From Mycobacterium sp. (GTDB lineage Bacteria > Actinomycetota > Actinomycetes > Mycobacteriales > Mycobacteriaceae): a stretch of DNA of 58,140 bases. Position numbers and translations under genes: made by a program. A model generated the notes under the pieces. That model had not been told where the DNA came from, did no database searches, and saw only the letters and a list, made by a program, of their open reading frames with translations. Location: NCBI GenBank assembly GCA_032162105.1, contig JAVRPS010000446.1; one strand, written 5' to 3'. The stretch's first letter is position 1. The number at the start of each line of letters is the position of its first letter. Of the stretch, positions 1 through 10,423 are shown in pieces.

Positions 1-2601
1 CCGGGCCTGACGAAGGTGGCGCAGTTCGGCGACCCGGTCGGTCCTGGGACGCTGGCGGGATTCATCACCGACAGCGGGCTGAGGCCGCGCTACCCGGCGG
101 TGGAGATCTACCACGTGGACGCCTCGGGGCCCACGTCGACACCGACCCGGCCCTATCTCACCGACACCGACGCGATGGCCCGCGTCGACGGCGGGCCCGA
201 GGCGCTGCTGCGAATCGACGAACGCCGACGCCTGCTGGGCCAACCACCGCTGGGCCCGATGCTGCTCACCGCCGACGCCGAACGCGCGGGGTTGCCCGCA
301 CCGGTCGTCACCGTCACCGATACCCCGGTCGCGCGCGAGACCGACTACGGCCGCGTCGACGACCACTCGTCGGCGATCCGCACCCCCGACGACACCAGGC
401 ACACCTTCAACCGGGTCCTCGACTACCCGGCAGGCGGCGCCGACCCCGTCTACGGGAAGTGGCCGGGCGGCCGGCTGTCGGTGTCCAGTTCGGCGGCGGA
501 CTCGACGTCGCTGCCCAACGTCGCCACCGCACTCGGTCCCGCCGCGGCCATCGACGGGGACTCGTCGACCAGTTGGGTGTCCAACGCCCTGCAGGCCGCC
601 GTTGGGCAGTGGTTGCAGGTCGACTTCGATCACCCCATCGCCAACGCGACCGTCACCATCACCCCGAGCGCCACAGCGGTCGGCGCGCAGGTCCGCCGCA
701 TCGAGGTGGCCACCGCCAACGGCACCAGCACGCTGCGGTTCGATCAACCCGGCAAGCCGCTCACCGCCGCCCTGCCATACGGCGAAACCCCGTGGGTCCG
801 GTTCACCGCGGTGGGCACCGACGACGGCTCACCCGGGGTGCAGTTCGGCATCACCGACTTCACCGTCACCCAGTACGACGCGTCCGGGTTCGCCCAGCCG
901 GTCAGCCTGCGGCACACCGTCATGGTGCCGGGGCCGCCGCCCGGTTCGGCTGTGGCGCAATGGGATCTGGGTTCGGACCTGCTCGGCCGCCCCGGCTGCG
1001 CGGACGGCCCCGTCGGTGTGCTGTGCGCCGCGTCGATGGCGTCCTCACCGGAGGAACCGGTCAACCTGAGCCGCACGCTGACCGTGCCTGCGGCCACCAA
1101 GGTGGTGCCGACGGTGTGGCTGCGCGCGCGGCAGGGACCCAACCTGTCCGACCTGATCAGACCGCCCGACACCACCTTCGCGGTGGGCGACGCCGACCCG
1201 ATCGACGTACTCGGTTCGGCATACGCCGCCACCGACGGCGACCCCCGCACCGCGTGGACCGCGCAGCAGGGCGTGGTTCAGCACCGGACGGCTCCCAGCA
1301 TCGAGGTGCGCCTGCCCGCCCCGACGGAGGTCGCCGCGCTGCGCTTGACGCCGAGTTCGTCGGCGCTGCCCGCGCACCCGACGATGGTCGCCGTCGACCT
1401 CGGCGACGGACCACAGGTCCGTCCACTCGACGCAGACGGCGGTGCTCAGACGGTGCCGTTGCACCCAAGGGTGACGGACACCATCAAGTTGTCGATCCTG
1501 GATTGGGACGACGTGATCGACCGCACCGCACTGGGTTTCGACCAGGTCAAGCCGCCCGGCCTGGCAGAGGTCACCGCACTCGACGCGCGCGGTGCACCGA
1601 TCGCGGCCGCCGATCCGACGCGCAACCGCGCCAGGGCCATCGCGCTGCCGTGCGGCCGCGGCCCGATCATCGCCGTCGCGGGCCAGTTCGTGCAGACGTC
1701 CGTCGCCACCACCGTCGGCGCCCTGCTCGACGGCGAACCCATCGCCGCACGGCCATGCCAGGCCGCACCGACCACCTTGCCCGCGGGCGAGCAGGAATTG
1801 CTGATCAGCCCCGGCCCGGCGTTCGTCGTCGACGGAGTCCAGTTGGCCGGCCCACTCGCCGCGCAGGTGCGCGGCGCCACGGCCACTGCGGCCGTCACCG
1901 GCCGCTGGACGGCCGATCACCGCGAGGTCGACGTCACCGAATCCGCCGCGTCGCGAGTGCTGGTGGTGCCCGAGAGCATCAACCCGGGATGGCGGGCGCA
2001 CGCACCCGACGGCGCCACCCTCACCCCGGTGACGGTCAACGGCTGGCAGCAGGGCTGGGTCATTCCGCCGGGCACGTCCGGCCCGATCACCCTGGAGTTC
2101 GCCTCGAACACCGCATACCGCATCGGGTTGTTCGGCGGCCTGGCGCTGCTGCCGTTGCTCGCCCTGTTGGCCTGGCTGCCCGTCCGGCGGAAGGTGCCAC
2201 CCAGCGAACCGGCGCGTCCATGGCAACCGGGCACCCTGGTGGCCGGACTCGCCGTCCTCGCAGTCGGATTCGTCGTTGCGGGCCTGGCCGGAGCCGCGGT
2301 GGTAGGCGCCTGCCTCGCGCTGCGCCGGTTGCTACCCCCCAGGTGGTCAGACCGCGTGACGATCGGCGCCACCGCAGGCGGCCTGATCCTGGCCGGCGCC
2401 GTGCTCAGCCAATACCCCTGGCGCTCGGTCGACGGATACCTCGGCCACTCCTGGGGCGTCCAGTTGCTGGCGCTCATCAGCGTGGGCGCGGTGGCCGCGT
2501 CGGCGGTGCCGTTGACGAACGAGTCCGCCGGAAACCGGCCCGAGACAGGACAATCCGGCCGTAGCATCCCGAATGGTCAGTCGACGGAAGCAGGGGCATG
2601 A
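1..2601 (+). CDS. aftD: Arabinofuranosyltransferase AftD, C-terminal part (5'-truncated by window)
   Basis: Frame is open from base 1. Two F5/8-type carbohydrate-binding modules (AAIDGDSSTSW, AATDGDPRTAW), ESINPGW and VNGWQQGW motifs, C-terminal TM helices with YPWRSVDGY. Synteny with the Rv0236c region. Confidence 0.9.
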   Translation, partial: PGLTKVAQFGDPVGPGTLAGFITDSGLRPRYPAVEIYHVDASGPTSTPTRPYLTDTDAMARVDGGPEALLRIDERRRLLGQPPLGPMLLTADAERAGLPAPVVTVTDTPVARETDYGRVDDHSSAIRTPDDTRHTFNRVLDYPAGGADPVYGKWPGGRLSVSSSAADSTSLPNVATALGPAAAIDGDSSTSWVSNALQAAVGQWLQVDFDHPIANATVTITPSATAVGAQVRRIEVATANGTSTLRFDQPGKPLTAALPYGETPWVRFTAVGTDDGSPGVQFGITDFTVTQYDASGFAQPVSLRHTVMVPGPPPGSAVAQWDLGSDLLGRPGCADGPVGVLCAASMASSPEEPVNLSRTLTVPAATKVVPTVWLRARQGPNLSDLIRPPDTTFAVGDADPIDVLGSAYAATDGDPRTAWTAQQGVVQHRTAPSIEVRLPAPTEVAALRLTPSSSALPAHPTMVAVDLGDGPQVRPLDADGGAQTVPLHPRVTDTIKLSILDWDDVIDRTALGFDQVKPPGLAEVTALDARGAPIAAADPTRNRARAIALPCGRGPIIAVAGQFVQTSVATTVGALLDGEPIAARPCQAAPTTLPAGEQELLISPGPAFVVDGVQLAGPLAAQVRGATATAAVTGRWTADHREVDVTESAASRVLVVPESINPGWRAHAPDGATLTPVTVNGWQQGWVIPPGTSGPITLEFASNTAYRIGLFGGLALLPLLALLAWLPVRRKVPPSEPARPWQPGTLVAGLAVLAVGFVVAGLAGAAVVGACLALRRLLPPRWSDRVTIGATAGGLILAGAVLSQYPWRSVDGYLGHSWGVQLLALISVGAVAASAVPLTNESAGNRPETGQSGRSIPNGQSTEAGA

Positions 2602-3581
2602 ACTCGACCACGCTGAACACGGCGCGCGGCGCCATCGACGCCGCCGACCTCGGCGTGACACTCATGCACGAACACGTCTTCATCATGACCACCGAGATCA
2701 CGCAGAACTACCCCGAGGGGTGGGGCGACGGCGCAAGGCGGGAGGCCGACGCCATCACGCGGCTGAACGAGCTCAAGTCCCGCGGGGTGGACACCATCGT
2801 CGACCTCACCGTGATCGGCCTCGGTCGCTACCTTCCGCGCATCGCCAGGATCGCGGCGGCCACCGAACTGAACATCGTGGTGGCCACCGGCCTGTACACC
2901 TACAACGACGTGCCGATGTACTTCCACTACCTGGGCCCGGGAGCCGCGCTCGGCGGCCCGGAGATCATGACCGAGATGTTCGTCCGCGACATCGAACACG
3001 GCATCGCCGACACCGGGATCAAGGCCTCGATCCTGAAGTGCGCCACCGACGAACCCGGCGTGACGCCAGGGGTGGAGCGAGTGCTGCGGGCCGTCGCGGC
3101 CGCGCACCGCCAGACCGGGGTGCCGATCTCGACGCACACCCACGCCGCGTCGCGTCGCGGGCTGGAACAGCAGCGCATCTTCGCCGAGGAGGGCGTGGAC
3201 CTGTCCCGCGTGGTCATCGGCCACTCCGGTGACACCACCGACATCGCCTACCTGGAGGAGCTCATCGCCGCGGGGTCCTACATCGGCATGGACCGGTTCG
3301 GCGTCGACGTCTTCCTGTCCACCGAGGAGCGTGTGAAGACGGTCGCGACGATGTGCGAGCGCGGCCACGCCGATCGGATGGTGTTGTCCCACGACGCCTC
3401 CTGCTACTTCGACGCACTGCCCGAGGCGACGCTGCCGATCGCTTTGCCCAACTGGCACTATCTACACATCCACAACGACGTGATCCCCGCGCTCAAACAA
3501 CGTGGCGTGACCGACGAACAACTCACCACCATGCTGGTGGACAACCCGCGCCGGATCTTCTCCACACAGGGCGGTTACTGA
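2598..3581 (+). CDS. php: Phosphotriesterase-family (PHP) metallo-lactonase
   Basis: TLMHEH metal motif, ILKCATD, STHTH, IGHSGD, LSHD. ATGA overlap with the aftD stop. Rv0230c-like. Confidence 0.9.
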   Translation: MNSTTLNTARGAIDAADLGVTLMHEHVFIMTTEITQNYPEGWGDGARREADAITRLNELKSRGVDTIVDLTVIGLGRYLPRIARIAAATELNIVVATGLYTYNDVPMYFHYLGPGAALGGPEIMTEMFVRDIEHGIADTGIKASILKCATDEPGVTPGVERVLRAVAAAHRQTGVPISTHTHAASRRGLEQQRIFAEEGVDLSRVVIGHSGDTTDIAYLEELIAAGSYIGMDRFGVDVFLSTEERVKTVATMCERGHADRMVLSHDASCYFDALPEATLPIALPNWHYLHIHNDVIPALKQRGVTDEQLTTMLVDNPRRIFSTQGGY

Positions 3582-3582
3582 C

Positions 3583-5052
3583 ATGGTCGACCGCGTCGCG
3601 CCGATGAGCACCCAGATCTCGACGCTGGCACGGGCGGCGCCCGACGCGCCTGCCGTCACCTGCGGCGGCCGCACCCTGACCCGCGCCGAACTCGACGCGT
3701 CGACGAACCGACTGGCCCGGGCGTACGCCGAACTCGGCGTCGGCGTCGGCGACTACGTGTCGATCGCCATGCCGAACTCGATCGAATGGATACAGGTGGT
3801 CATCGCCTGCTGGAAGCTCGGCGCCGTGCCGCAGCCGCTGTCGGCGCGGCTGCCGGTCGCCGAGTTCATCGGCATCCTCGATCTCAAGCCGCGGGCCTTG
3901 ATCGTCGGCCGGGCCGATCCGCGTGGCGAGGCGCCAAGCGTAGCAGCGGATTTCGCGCCCGATCCGGCCATCTCCGACGCGCCACTGCCAGAGGCGGTGT
4001 CCCCGGTGTGGAAGTCGATGACCTCTGGCGGAAGCACGGGCAGACCAAAGCTCATCGAGGCGGGCGGGGACAGCCGGATACCAGCTCTGATCGGCTTCCC
4101 GCTCGGCATGCAGGAGGACGACGTCAACCTGCTGTCCGTGCCGCTGAGCCACAACACCGGGTTCACGACCGCGGCGGCGGGCCTGCTACTCGGGCACCAC
4201 CTGGTAATCATGCCGCGGTTCGAACCCAACGAGTTCCTCCGGCTGGTCACCGAACACCGGGTGACGTTCCTGGCCACGGTGCCGACCGTCATGCAGCGCC
4301 TGCTGCCGGTGTATCGCGCCGACCCGGACTCCTACGACCTGTCGTCGATCCGGAGGTTCTGGCACCTCGGCGCGCCGTGTCCGCCCGCGATCAAGCTGGC
4401 CTGGATCGAGCTACTCGGGCCCGAGGCTATCTGGGAGTTGTACGGCGGCACCGAACTTCAGGCGTTGACCTTCATCTCGGGCGACCAGTACCTTACGCAC
4501 CCGGGGTCGGTGGGCGTCGTCGTCGCAGGCGAGATGAAGGTGCTCGACGACGACGGGGACGAGTGCCCGCCCGGTGTGGTCGGCGAGATCTACATGCGCC
4601 CCGCTCCGGGCAGCGCGCCCACCTACCGCTACGTCGGCGTCGACGCCAAGAGCCGCGACGGCTGGGATTCGCTCGGCGACCTCGGCTACTTCGACGCCGA
4701 GGGCTTCCTATATTTGTCCGACCGGCGGGTCGACATGTTCACCGTCGGCGGGCGCAACGTCTACCCGGCCGAGATCGAAGCGGCGTTGGCCGAGCATCCA
4801 GACATCTTGTCCAGCTTGGTCGTCGGCGTGCCCGACGAGGACCTCGGCCAAGTTCCCCACGCGCTGGTGCAGGCAGGTGCGCCCCTCGACGAGGCGGCGG
4901 TGCGGGAGTTCCTGGCCGGCCTGGTCGCAAGGTACAAGGTGCCGAGCACCGTGGAGTTCGTCGACCGGCCGTTGCGTGACGATGCGGGCAAGGCGCGGCG
5001 CTCGGCAGTGCGCGCCGAGGTCATCGCGCGGCGGGCCGCGCAATCCGGCTAG
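3583..5052 (+). CDS. AMP-binding acyl-CoA synthetase (FadD / bile-acid-CoA-ligase-like)
   Basis: TSGGSTGRPK AMP-binding motif, YGGTE, GDLGY, GGRNVYPAEIE, terminal GK motif. Confidence 0.88.
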   Translation: MVDRVAPMSTQISTLARAAPDAPAVTCGGRTLTRAELDASTNRLARAYAELGVGVGDYVSIAMPNSIEWIQVVIACWKLGAVPQPLSARLPVAEFIGILDLKPRALIVGRADPRGEAPSVAADFAPDPAISDAPLPEAVSPVWKSMTSGGSTGRPKLIEAGGDSRIPALIGFPLGMQEDDVNLLSVPLSHNTGFTTAAAGLLLGHHLVIMPRFEPNEFLRLVTEHRVTFLATVPTVMQRLLPVYRADPDSYDLSSIRRFWHLGAPCPPAIKLAWIELLGPEAIWELYGGTELQALTFISGDQYLTHPGSVGVVVAGEMKVLDDDGDECPPGVVGEIYMRPAPGSAPTYRYVGVDAKSRDGWDSLGDLGYFDAEGFLYLSDRRVDMFTVGGRNVYPAEIEAALAEHPDILSSLVVGVPDEDLGQVPHALVQAGAPLDEAAVREFLAGLVARYKVPSTVEFVDRPLRDDAGKARRSAVRAEVIARRAAQSG

Positions 5053-6209
5053 CGCGCGACGGCAGGCTCGGGCGAATCGCTGACCGAGCTGTCCAGCGGC
5101 GTCACGTCGTTCCTTCTTTCCCACCGCCGCAAGGCATTCCGGCACGGCGACTCGACCAGCGCGTAGCTCACCGCGGCGATCGCGAAGCCGAAGATGACCG
5201 TCAGGACCAGCACCACCGACATGTGTCCGTTGAACGGGAACTCGCCGATCACCGGGAACACCATCGCCAGCGCGGCCAGATGCCAGACGAAGAGGCCATA
5301 GGACCACCGGCCCAGCGTCACCATGGTGGTGCTGCCGAGGAATCGATGGCTGGTGTCGGGCCGGTCGAGCACCAACGGCGCCAGCAGCGCGGCCGCCACC
5401 ACCGTGCCCATCGCCACCTTCACCACGAACTGGCCGAGGTTGCCCGGAATCAGACCCTCCGGGCCAGCCAGCGGCGAGGCCGCCACCCCGAAGGCGGCGG
5501 CGGCAACCAGCGCCATCAGTACGCGGCGGCGCGCCAGCCGGTGCACCCACCCGACCGGGCTCACCGCCAACTCCGCCAGCACCATGCCTGCGGCGAACCA
5601 GGAGAAGAAGGCGGGGGGCCACGTCAGCGCATTGACACCGAACGGCACGTCGAACGGGATCAGCCCCCAGCCGAAGCTGGCGACCGCGAGCACCGCTATC
5701 GCCGTGATGCGCGCACGCACCGGCAGCCTGCGGGCCAGCAGCGCCAGGACCGGCAGCGCCAGGTAGAAGCTGACCTCGACCGACAGGCTCCACATCTGGG
5801 TCAGGCCTGCGGTCAACGTCAATGGCACGTAGATCTGGGTCAGCGACAGATTGGCCAGCCACACCACCAGGTCGGCGTTGGCGTCGGGCAAAAGACACAG
5901 GATCACCACGACGGCCACCAGATAGCCGGGCATGATGCGCACGACCCGGGACCGCAGGTAATGACCCGTCGGCGGTGTGTGTCGCAGCCCGCGGGCGGCG
6001 GCGGCGTGCCCGCGCCACAACAGGAAGCCCGACAGCGAGAAGAACACCGCGACCGCGAGATCGAACCGGCCGAGCAGCCGGCCGGTGGCCCAGGTGGTGT
6101 GCCCGGTCTGGAAGGCGACGTGGGTGATCACCACGCCCACTGCGGCGCAGGCGCGCATACCCTCGACGGCGGGGACGAATCCACGCTGCCCGCCGGTCTC
6201 ATTCCCCAC
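5049..6209 (-). CDS. tmaT: Acyltransferase-3 family membrane protein (TmaT/Rv0228-like trehalose monomycolate acetyltransferase)
   Basis: EGMRA, FFSLSGFLL, RIMPGY, WSLSVEVSFY, SYGLFVWH, SYALVESP. Position in the Rv0224c-Rv0228 cluster. Confidence 0.82.
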   Translation of the reverse strand: MGNETGGQRGFVPAVEGMRACAAVGVVITHVAFQTGHTTWATGRLLGRFDLAVAVFFSLSGFLLWRGHAAAARGLRHTPPTGHYLRSRVVRIMPGYLVAVVVILCLLPDANADLVVWLANLSLTQIYVPLTLTAGLTQMWSLSVEVSFYLALPVLALLARRLPVRARITAIAVLAVASFGWGLIPFDVPFGVNALTWPPAFFSWFAAGMVLAELAVSPVGWVHRLARRRVLMALVAAAAFGVAASPLAGPEGLIPGNLGQFVVKVAMGTVVAAALLAPLVLDRPDTSHRFLGSTTMVTLGRWSYGLFVWHLAALAMVFPVIGEFPFNGHMSVVLVLTVIFGFAIAAVSYALVESPCRNALRRWERRNDVTPLDSSVSDSPEPAVAR

Positions 6210-6360
6210 GGCGCCAGTGTGCCCGATGCGGTTGTAGTACGCGTCGAGCCCATCGCGGGGCTGTTAGGGTCGTTCGAGTTGCCTCCTCCGCCTGGTCTAG
6301 GCAGGTGGCGGCATGTGGACACCGAGTCGTGTGGTCACCCCGAAGACGAGGAGGCACGGT

Positions 6361-7569
6361 TTGAACCGCGCTGTGGCGCTGCGTATCGCAGCGTGCGGGC
6401 TCATGGGACTGGGCGCCGCCCTACTGATCGCCGCGCTTCTGCTGTCCACCTACACCGAGGGCAAGATCGCCAAGATCCCGCTCGACCTGGACACCACACT
6501 GGTCAGCGACGGCACCGGCACCTCGTTCGACCCGGCGTCGCTGATGGCCCAGAAGTTCGTCGTCAGCAAGAACGTGCCGCTCTCGCTGCAGCAGCAGCTC
6601 AGCGTGGAAGCGCCGTCGAACGCGGACGTGGTGACGCTGCAGGTTGGCAGCACGCTGAAGCGCACCGACAAGCAGCAGGACAACGGCCTGCTACTGGCGA
6701 TGGTCGACACCGTGACCCTCGACCGCAAGTCGGCCTTGGCCGTGTCCAGCGACACCAACCCGGGCGGCGCGGTGCAGAAGCCCCGCAGCATCGAAGACCA
6801 GAACCCGCCGACCAACGTCGCGCTACCGCACGAGGGCCTGTCCTACCGCTTCCCGTTCAACACCGAGAAGAAGACCTACCCCTACTTCGACCCCATCGCG
6901 CAGAAGCCGTTCGACGCGAACTACGAGGCCGAAGAGGACGTCAACGGTCTGACCACCTACCGGTTCACCCAGAACGTTGGCTACGACGGCGACAACAAGC
7001 TGGTCGACCCGGTGAAGTACGCCTCGCTCTACGACAACGACGAGGACAGCCAGGTCACCGCACGTGCCGAGTTGTGGGGCCTGCCGGGTGACCCCGCCGA
7101 GCCGGTCACCATGCAGCGCTACTACGCGGCGCAGCGCACGTTCTGGGTGGACCCGGTGTCGGGCACCATCGTCAAGGCCAAGGAACACGGCTTCCACTAC
7201 TACGCCCGCGACGCCCTCAAGCCAGAGGTGACATTCGCCGACTACAACGTCACCTCGACCGAGGAGACCGTCGAGGCGCAGGTAGCGGCTGCCCGCGACG
7301 AGCGGGACACCGTGGCACTGTGGGGCCGGATCCTGCCGATCACGTTCACCGGGCTCGGTCTTGTCTTCCTGGTCGGCGGCGTGCTGCTCGGCTCGTTCAC
7401 GCTGCGAGCCGAGTCGGCGCTGATCGATCCTGGGCTGGACGGCGCCGACCACGGGTTCTTCTCCAGACGTGGCGCCGACGACTCCGGTCCGATGCCTGCC
7501 GCCGAGGCGCAGACCGAGAAGCTGCCCACCCAGCGGCCGTCCGACCTGCCGCCGGACCGACCGGCCTGA
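6361..7569 (+). CDS. DUF3068/PorA-family membrane protein (Rv0227c-like, lipoglycan-associated)
   Basis: RBS GAGGAGG before TTG at 6361. N- and C-terminal TM helices, GLSYRFPFNTEKKTYPYFD, FWVDPVSGTIV. Synteny. Confidence 0.85.
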   Translation: MNRAVALRIAACGLMGLGAALLIAALLLSTYTEGKIAKIPLDLDTTLVSDGTGTSFDPASLMAQKFVVSKNVPLSLQQQLSVEAPSNADVVTLQVGSTLKRTDKQQDNGLLLAMVDTVTLDRKSALAVSSDTNPGGAVQKPRSIEDQNPPTNVALPHEGLSYRFPFNTEKKTYPYFDPIAQKPFDANYEAEEDVNGLTTYRFTQNVGYDGDNKLVDPVKYASLYDNDEDSQVTARAELWGLPGDPAEPVTMQRYYAAQRTFWVDPVSGTIVKAKEHGFHYYARDALKPEVTFADYNVTSTEETVEAQVAAARDERDTVALWGRILPITFTGLGLVFLVGGVLLGSFTLRAESALIDPGLDGADHGFFSRRGADDSGPMPAAEAQTEKLPTQRPSDLPPDRPA

Positions 7570-7610
7570 TACCGACCAGCCTGATTCGGCACCCCGGCAT
7601 CCGTTGGGCG

Positions 7611-9245
7611 GTGCCCGGGTACGCGCTGGCGCTGTCGCTGCTGGTGACGGCGCCGCTGCTCGCGCCGGGCTACCTGTTGGTGCGCGACGCGGTGTCGACG
7701 CCCCGCTCGTATCTCTCCGACGCGGCGCTGGGGTTGTCCGAAGCCGCGCCGCGGGCGCTGCCGCAGGACTTCGCGATCGCGCTGGCCTCGCACGTCGTCG
7801 ACGGCGGCGTGGTGGTCAAGGCACTGCTCATCGCCGGGCTGTGGCTGGCGGGGTGGGGCGCGGCCCGACTCACTGCCGTCGTGGTGCCCGACGCGGGCCT
7901 GTCCGGGCAGTTCGTCGCAGTCACGCTGGCCATCTGGAATCCCTACGTCGCCGAGCGCATGTTGCAGGGGCATTGGAGCCTGCTGGTCGGCTACGGCTGC
8001 CTGCCGTGGGTGGCGGCGGCGATTCTTCGCCTGCGCAGCGGTGACGGCGCCTGGTGGCCGGTGGTGTTCTGGATAGCGCTCGCCGGCCTGACGCCGACGG
8101 GGCTGCAGCTGGCCGCCGCCGTCGCAGTGACGTGCAGTCTGGCGCCGGGGCCTGGCAGGTCGCGCTGGGCATGTGCGGCGGTGAGCCTCGGCGCGGCGGT
8201 GCTGGCCGCGCTGCCGTGGCTGGTCGCCTCGGCGGTCGCCGGGTCGCTCTCGTCGTCGCAGGCGGCGGGGGTGGCTGCGTTCGCCGCACGCGCCGAACCG
8301 GGTCTCGGTACGTTGTTCAGCCTGGCCGGGCTCGGCGGCATCTGGAATGGTCACGCCGTACCCGACTCGCGGACAACGCTTTTCGCGGTCGTGGCCACCG
8401 TGGTACTGCTCGCCGTGGTGGCCGTCGGCCTGCCGACCGCAATGCGCCGCCCCACCGCAGTGCCTCTGCTGGCGCTGGCCGCCGTCGCCGTCGTGCTGCC
8501 CGCACTGATGGCGACGGGCCCCGGTCTGGCGTTCGTCGAGTCGACCGTGCGGACGCTGCCAGGACTGGGGGTGGTGCGGGACGCGCAGAAGTGGGTCGCC
8601 CTGGCGATGCCCGGCTACGCGGTCGCGGGCGCGGCCGCGGTCGTGACGCTGCACCGCCTGCCCGCCGTGGCCACCGCCGTCGCGTGCTGCCTGGCGCTGC
8701 TGGCCGTCCTGCCTGACCTGGCGTGGGGGGTGGGCGGCAAGGTCGTCTCGGTCCGCTACCCGCCGGGGTGGGCGGCGACGGCGGCACTGATCAACGCCGA
8801 TCCACGGCCCGTCGCGGTGCTGCCGCCGGACAGCATGCGTGACTTCGCCTGGGCCGGGCGTGCGCCGGTGCTCGATCCGCTGCCGCGCTGGGTGTCGGCA
8901 GATGTGCTGGCAACGGGTGATCTGTTGATCGGCGGCCGGACGGTGCCCGGTGAGGGCGAGCGGGCCAGGGAGGTGCAGCGCCTGCTGACCTCGGGCGCCG
9001 ACGCCGCGGAAGTAGCGCGCGCGGGTGTCGGCTGGGTGGTGGTCGAGTCGGCGGGGTCGGCGCCGCTGGCGCTGCCGGTCGCGTACCGCGACGACGACCT
9101 GACGCTGTACCGGGTCGGGGGCGAGCACCCGGCGGCGGCGCACCGCGGTGTGCTGTTCGCCGCGCACCTGATCTGGCTGGCGGCGTTGATCATCGGCGCC
9201 GTCGGGTCGGTCGTGACGTGGCGGTCGACTAGACGATGCCGCTGA
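7611..9245 (+). CDS. Polytopic membrane protein (Rv0226c-like, GT-C-like); start uncertain
   Basis: PGYLLVRDAVSTPRSY, PRALPQD, WNPYVAERMLQGHWSLL, RDAQKW. The ORF-track start at 7320 overlaps the upstream gene; alternative starts lie at 7566-7611. Confidence 0.8.
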   Translation: MPGYALALSLLVTAPLLAPGYLLVRDAVSTPRSYLSDAALGLSEAAPRALPQDFAIALASHVVDGGVVVKALLIAGLWLAGWGAARLTAVVVPDAGLSGQFVAVTLAIWNPYVAERMLQGHWSLLVGYGCLPWVAAAILRLRSGDGAWWPVVFWIALAGLTPTGLQLAAAVAVTCSLAPGPGRSRWACAAVSLGAAVLAALPWLVASAVAGSLSSSQAAGVAAFAARAEPGLGTLFSLAGLGGIWNGHAVPDSRTTLFAVVATVVLLAVVAVGLPTAMRRPTAVPLLALAAVAVVLPALMATGPGLAFVESTVRTLPGLGVVRDAQKWVALAMPGYAVAGAAAVVTLHRLPAVATAVACCLALLAVLPDLAWGVGGKVVSVRYPPGWAATAALINADPRPVAVLPPDSMRDFAWAGRAPVLDPLPRWVSADVLATGDLLIGGRTVPGEGERAREVQRLLTSGADAAEVARAGVGWVVVESAGSAPLALPVAYRDDDLTLYRVGGEHPAAAHRGVLFAAHLIWLAALIIGAVGSVVTWRSTRRCR

Positions 9246-10389
9246 CCATCCGGCCGGCGAGCACTGACTCCAGCACCTCGTGCATGGCGTCGGCGCTCTG
9301 CCGCCAGGAGAACTCGCCGCTGCGTACCTGAGCCTTCACCCCGAGTTGCTCGCGCAAGACGTCGTCGCCGAGCAGCTGCTCCAGCCGGGCGACCAGTTCG
9401 TCCTTGTCGTCGACGAGCAGACCGGTCACGCCGTCCACGATCGAATCGGTCAGCCCGCCTGAGGACCGGTAACCGATGGTGGGCACCGCGTGCTGGGCCG
9501 CCTCCGTCACGGCCAATCCCCAGCCCTCCTTGCAGGACGGCAGCAGATGTACCCAACTCCGTTGCAGGAGTTGGTGCTTCGCGAGTTCGTCGACATGGCC
9601 GTGCAACGTCACCGCGTCCGATATGCCCAGCAGCTCGGCATGGGCGACCAGACGGTCTTCCCACCATCCACCGCCGACTACGTCGAGATGGAGGCCGGGC
9701 ACGACCGGGCGCAGTCGGGCGATTGCATCCAGTGCATCCTCGATCTGCTTGTGCGGCACCAACCGCGACAACACGACCACCCGCGGAGTGGCCGACCTCG
9801 GCAGGTCGAGCGTGCCCGCGGGAGCCTCGTCGAGTCCGTTGCGCACCACCGCGATGCGATCGGGACGCACTCCGAGGTCGACCAGGTCGCGCGCCGACGG
9901 CAGTGACACCGTGACGTACTGGTTGCGCCGGTGTAGCCGCGGCGACAGCGTCGCCTCGATGAACCAGCCCACTCTGCTCAACAGCCATCCGGCCACCGGC
10001 CACAGCTCGCGGTGGCAGTGGTGCACCAGCACGACGGCCCGGCGACCGAACACCAGACGGGCCAGGAACGGCAACCCGTTCTGGGTGTCGACCACCACGT
10101 CGGGACGCACCCGGCCCAGCGGGCCGAGCCCGACCCTGGCGCCGAGCATGGCCAACCCGGCACGCAGGTAGACGGTGTACGGGCCGCCTGCGCGACTGAT
10201 CGTGACGCCGTCGACGGTCTCGCGGCCCGACGCGCCCGGGTAGCGGGCGGTCCGCAGGGTGACGTCCACGCCCTGCGCCGCCAGCTGAGCACCGATGCGC
10301 TGAAGATAGGCCTCACTGCCCCCGCCCTGCGGATGCCCGGTGTCTCGCCAGCACAGCAGCAAGACGGAACGGAAGGGACGGGCAGACAT
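9229..10389 (-). CDS. Glycosyltransferase family 4 (Rv0225-like)
   Basis: WRDTGHPQGGGSE, SRLVPHKQIE, and the EGWGLAVTEA (E-x7-E) GT4 motif. Confidence 0.9.
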   Translation of the reverse strand: MSARPFRSVLLLCWRDTGHPQGGGSEAYLQRIGAQLAAQGVDVTLRTARYPGASGRETVDGVTISRAGGPYTVYLRAGLAMLGARVGLGPLGRVRPDVVVDTQNGLPFLARLVFGRRAVVLVHHCHRELWPVAGWLLSRVGWFIEATLSPRLHRRNQYVTVSLPSARDLVDLGVRPDRIAVVRNGLDEAPAGTLDLPRSATPRVVVLSRLVPHKQIEDALDAIARLRPVVPGLHLDVVGGGWWEDRLVAHAELLGISDAVTLHGHVDELAKHQLLQRSWVHLLPSCKEGWGLAVTEAAQHAVPTIGYRSSGGLTDSIVDGVTGLLVDDKDELVARLEQLLGDDVLREQLGVKAQVRSGEFSWRQSADAMHEVLESVLAGRMVSGIV

Positions 10390-10423
10390 CCGAGTCAGAC
10401 TAGTCGCCGCCTACGCTCGATCG

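Noticed and set aside
459-2564. 701-aa alternative-frame ORF inside aftD
   Set aside because: Arg/His/Gly-rich shadow frame typical of high-GC coding DNA, with no motifs.
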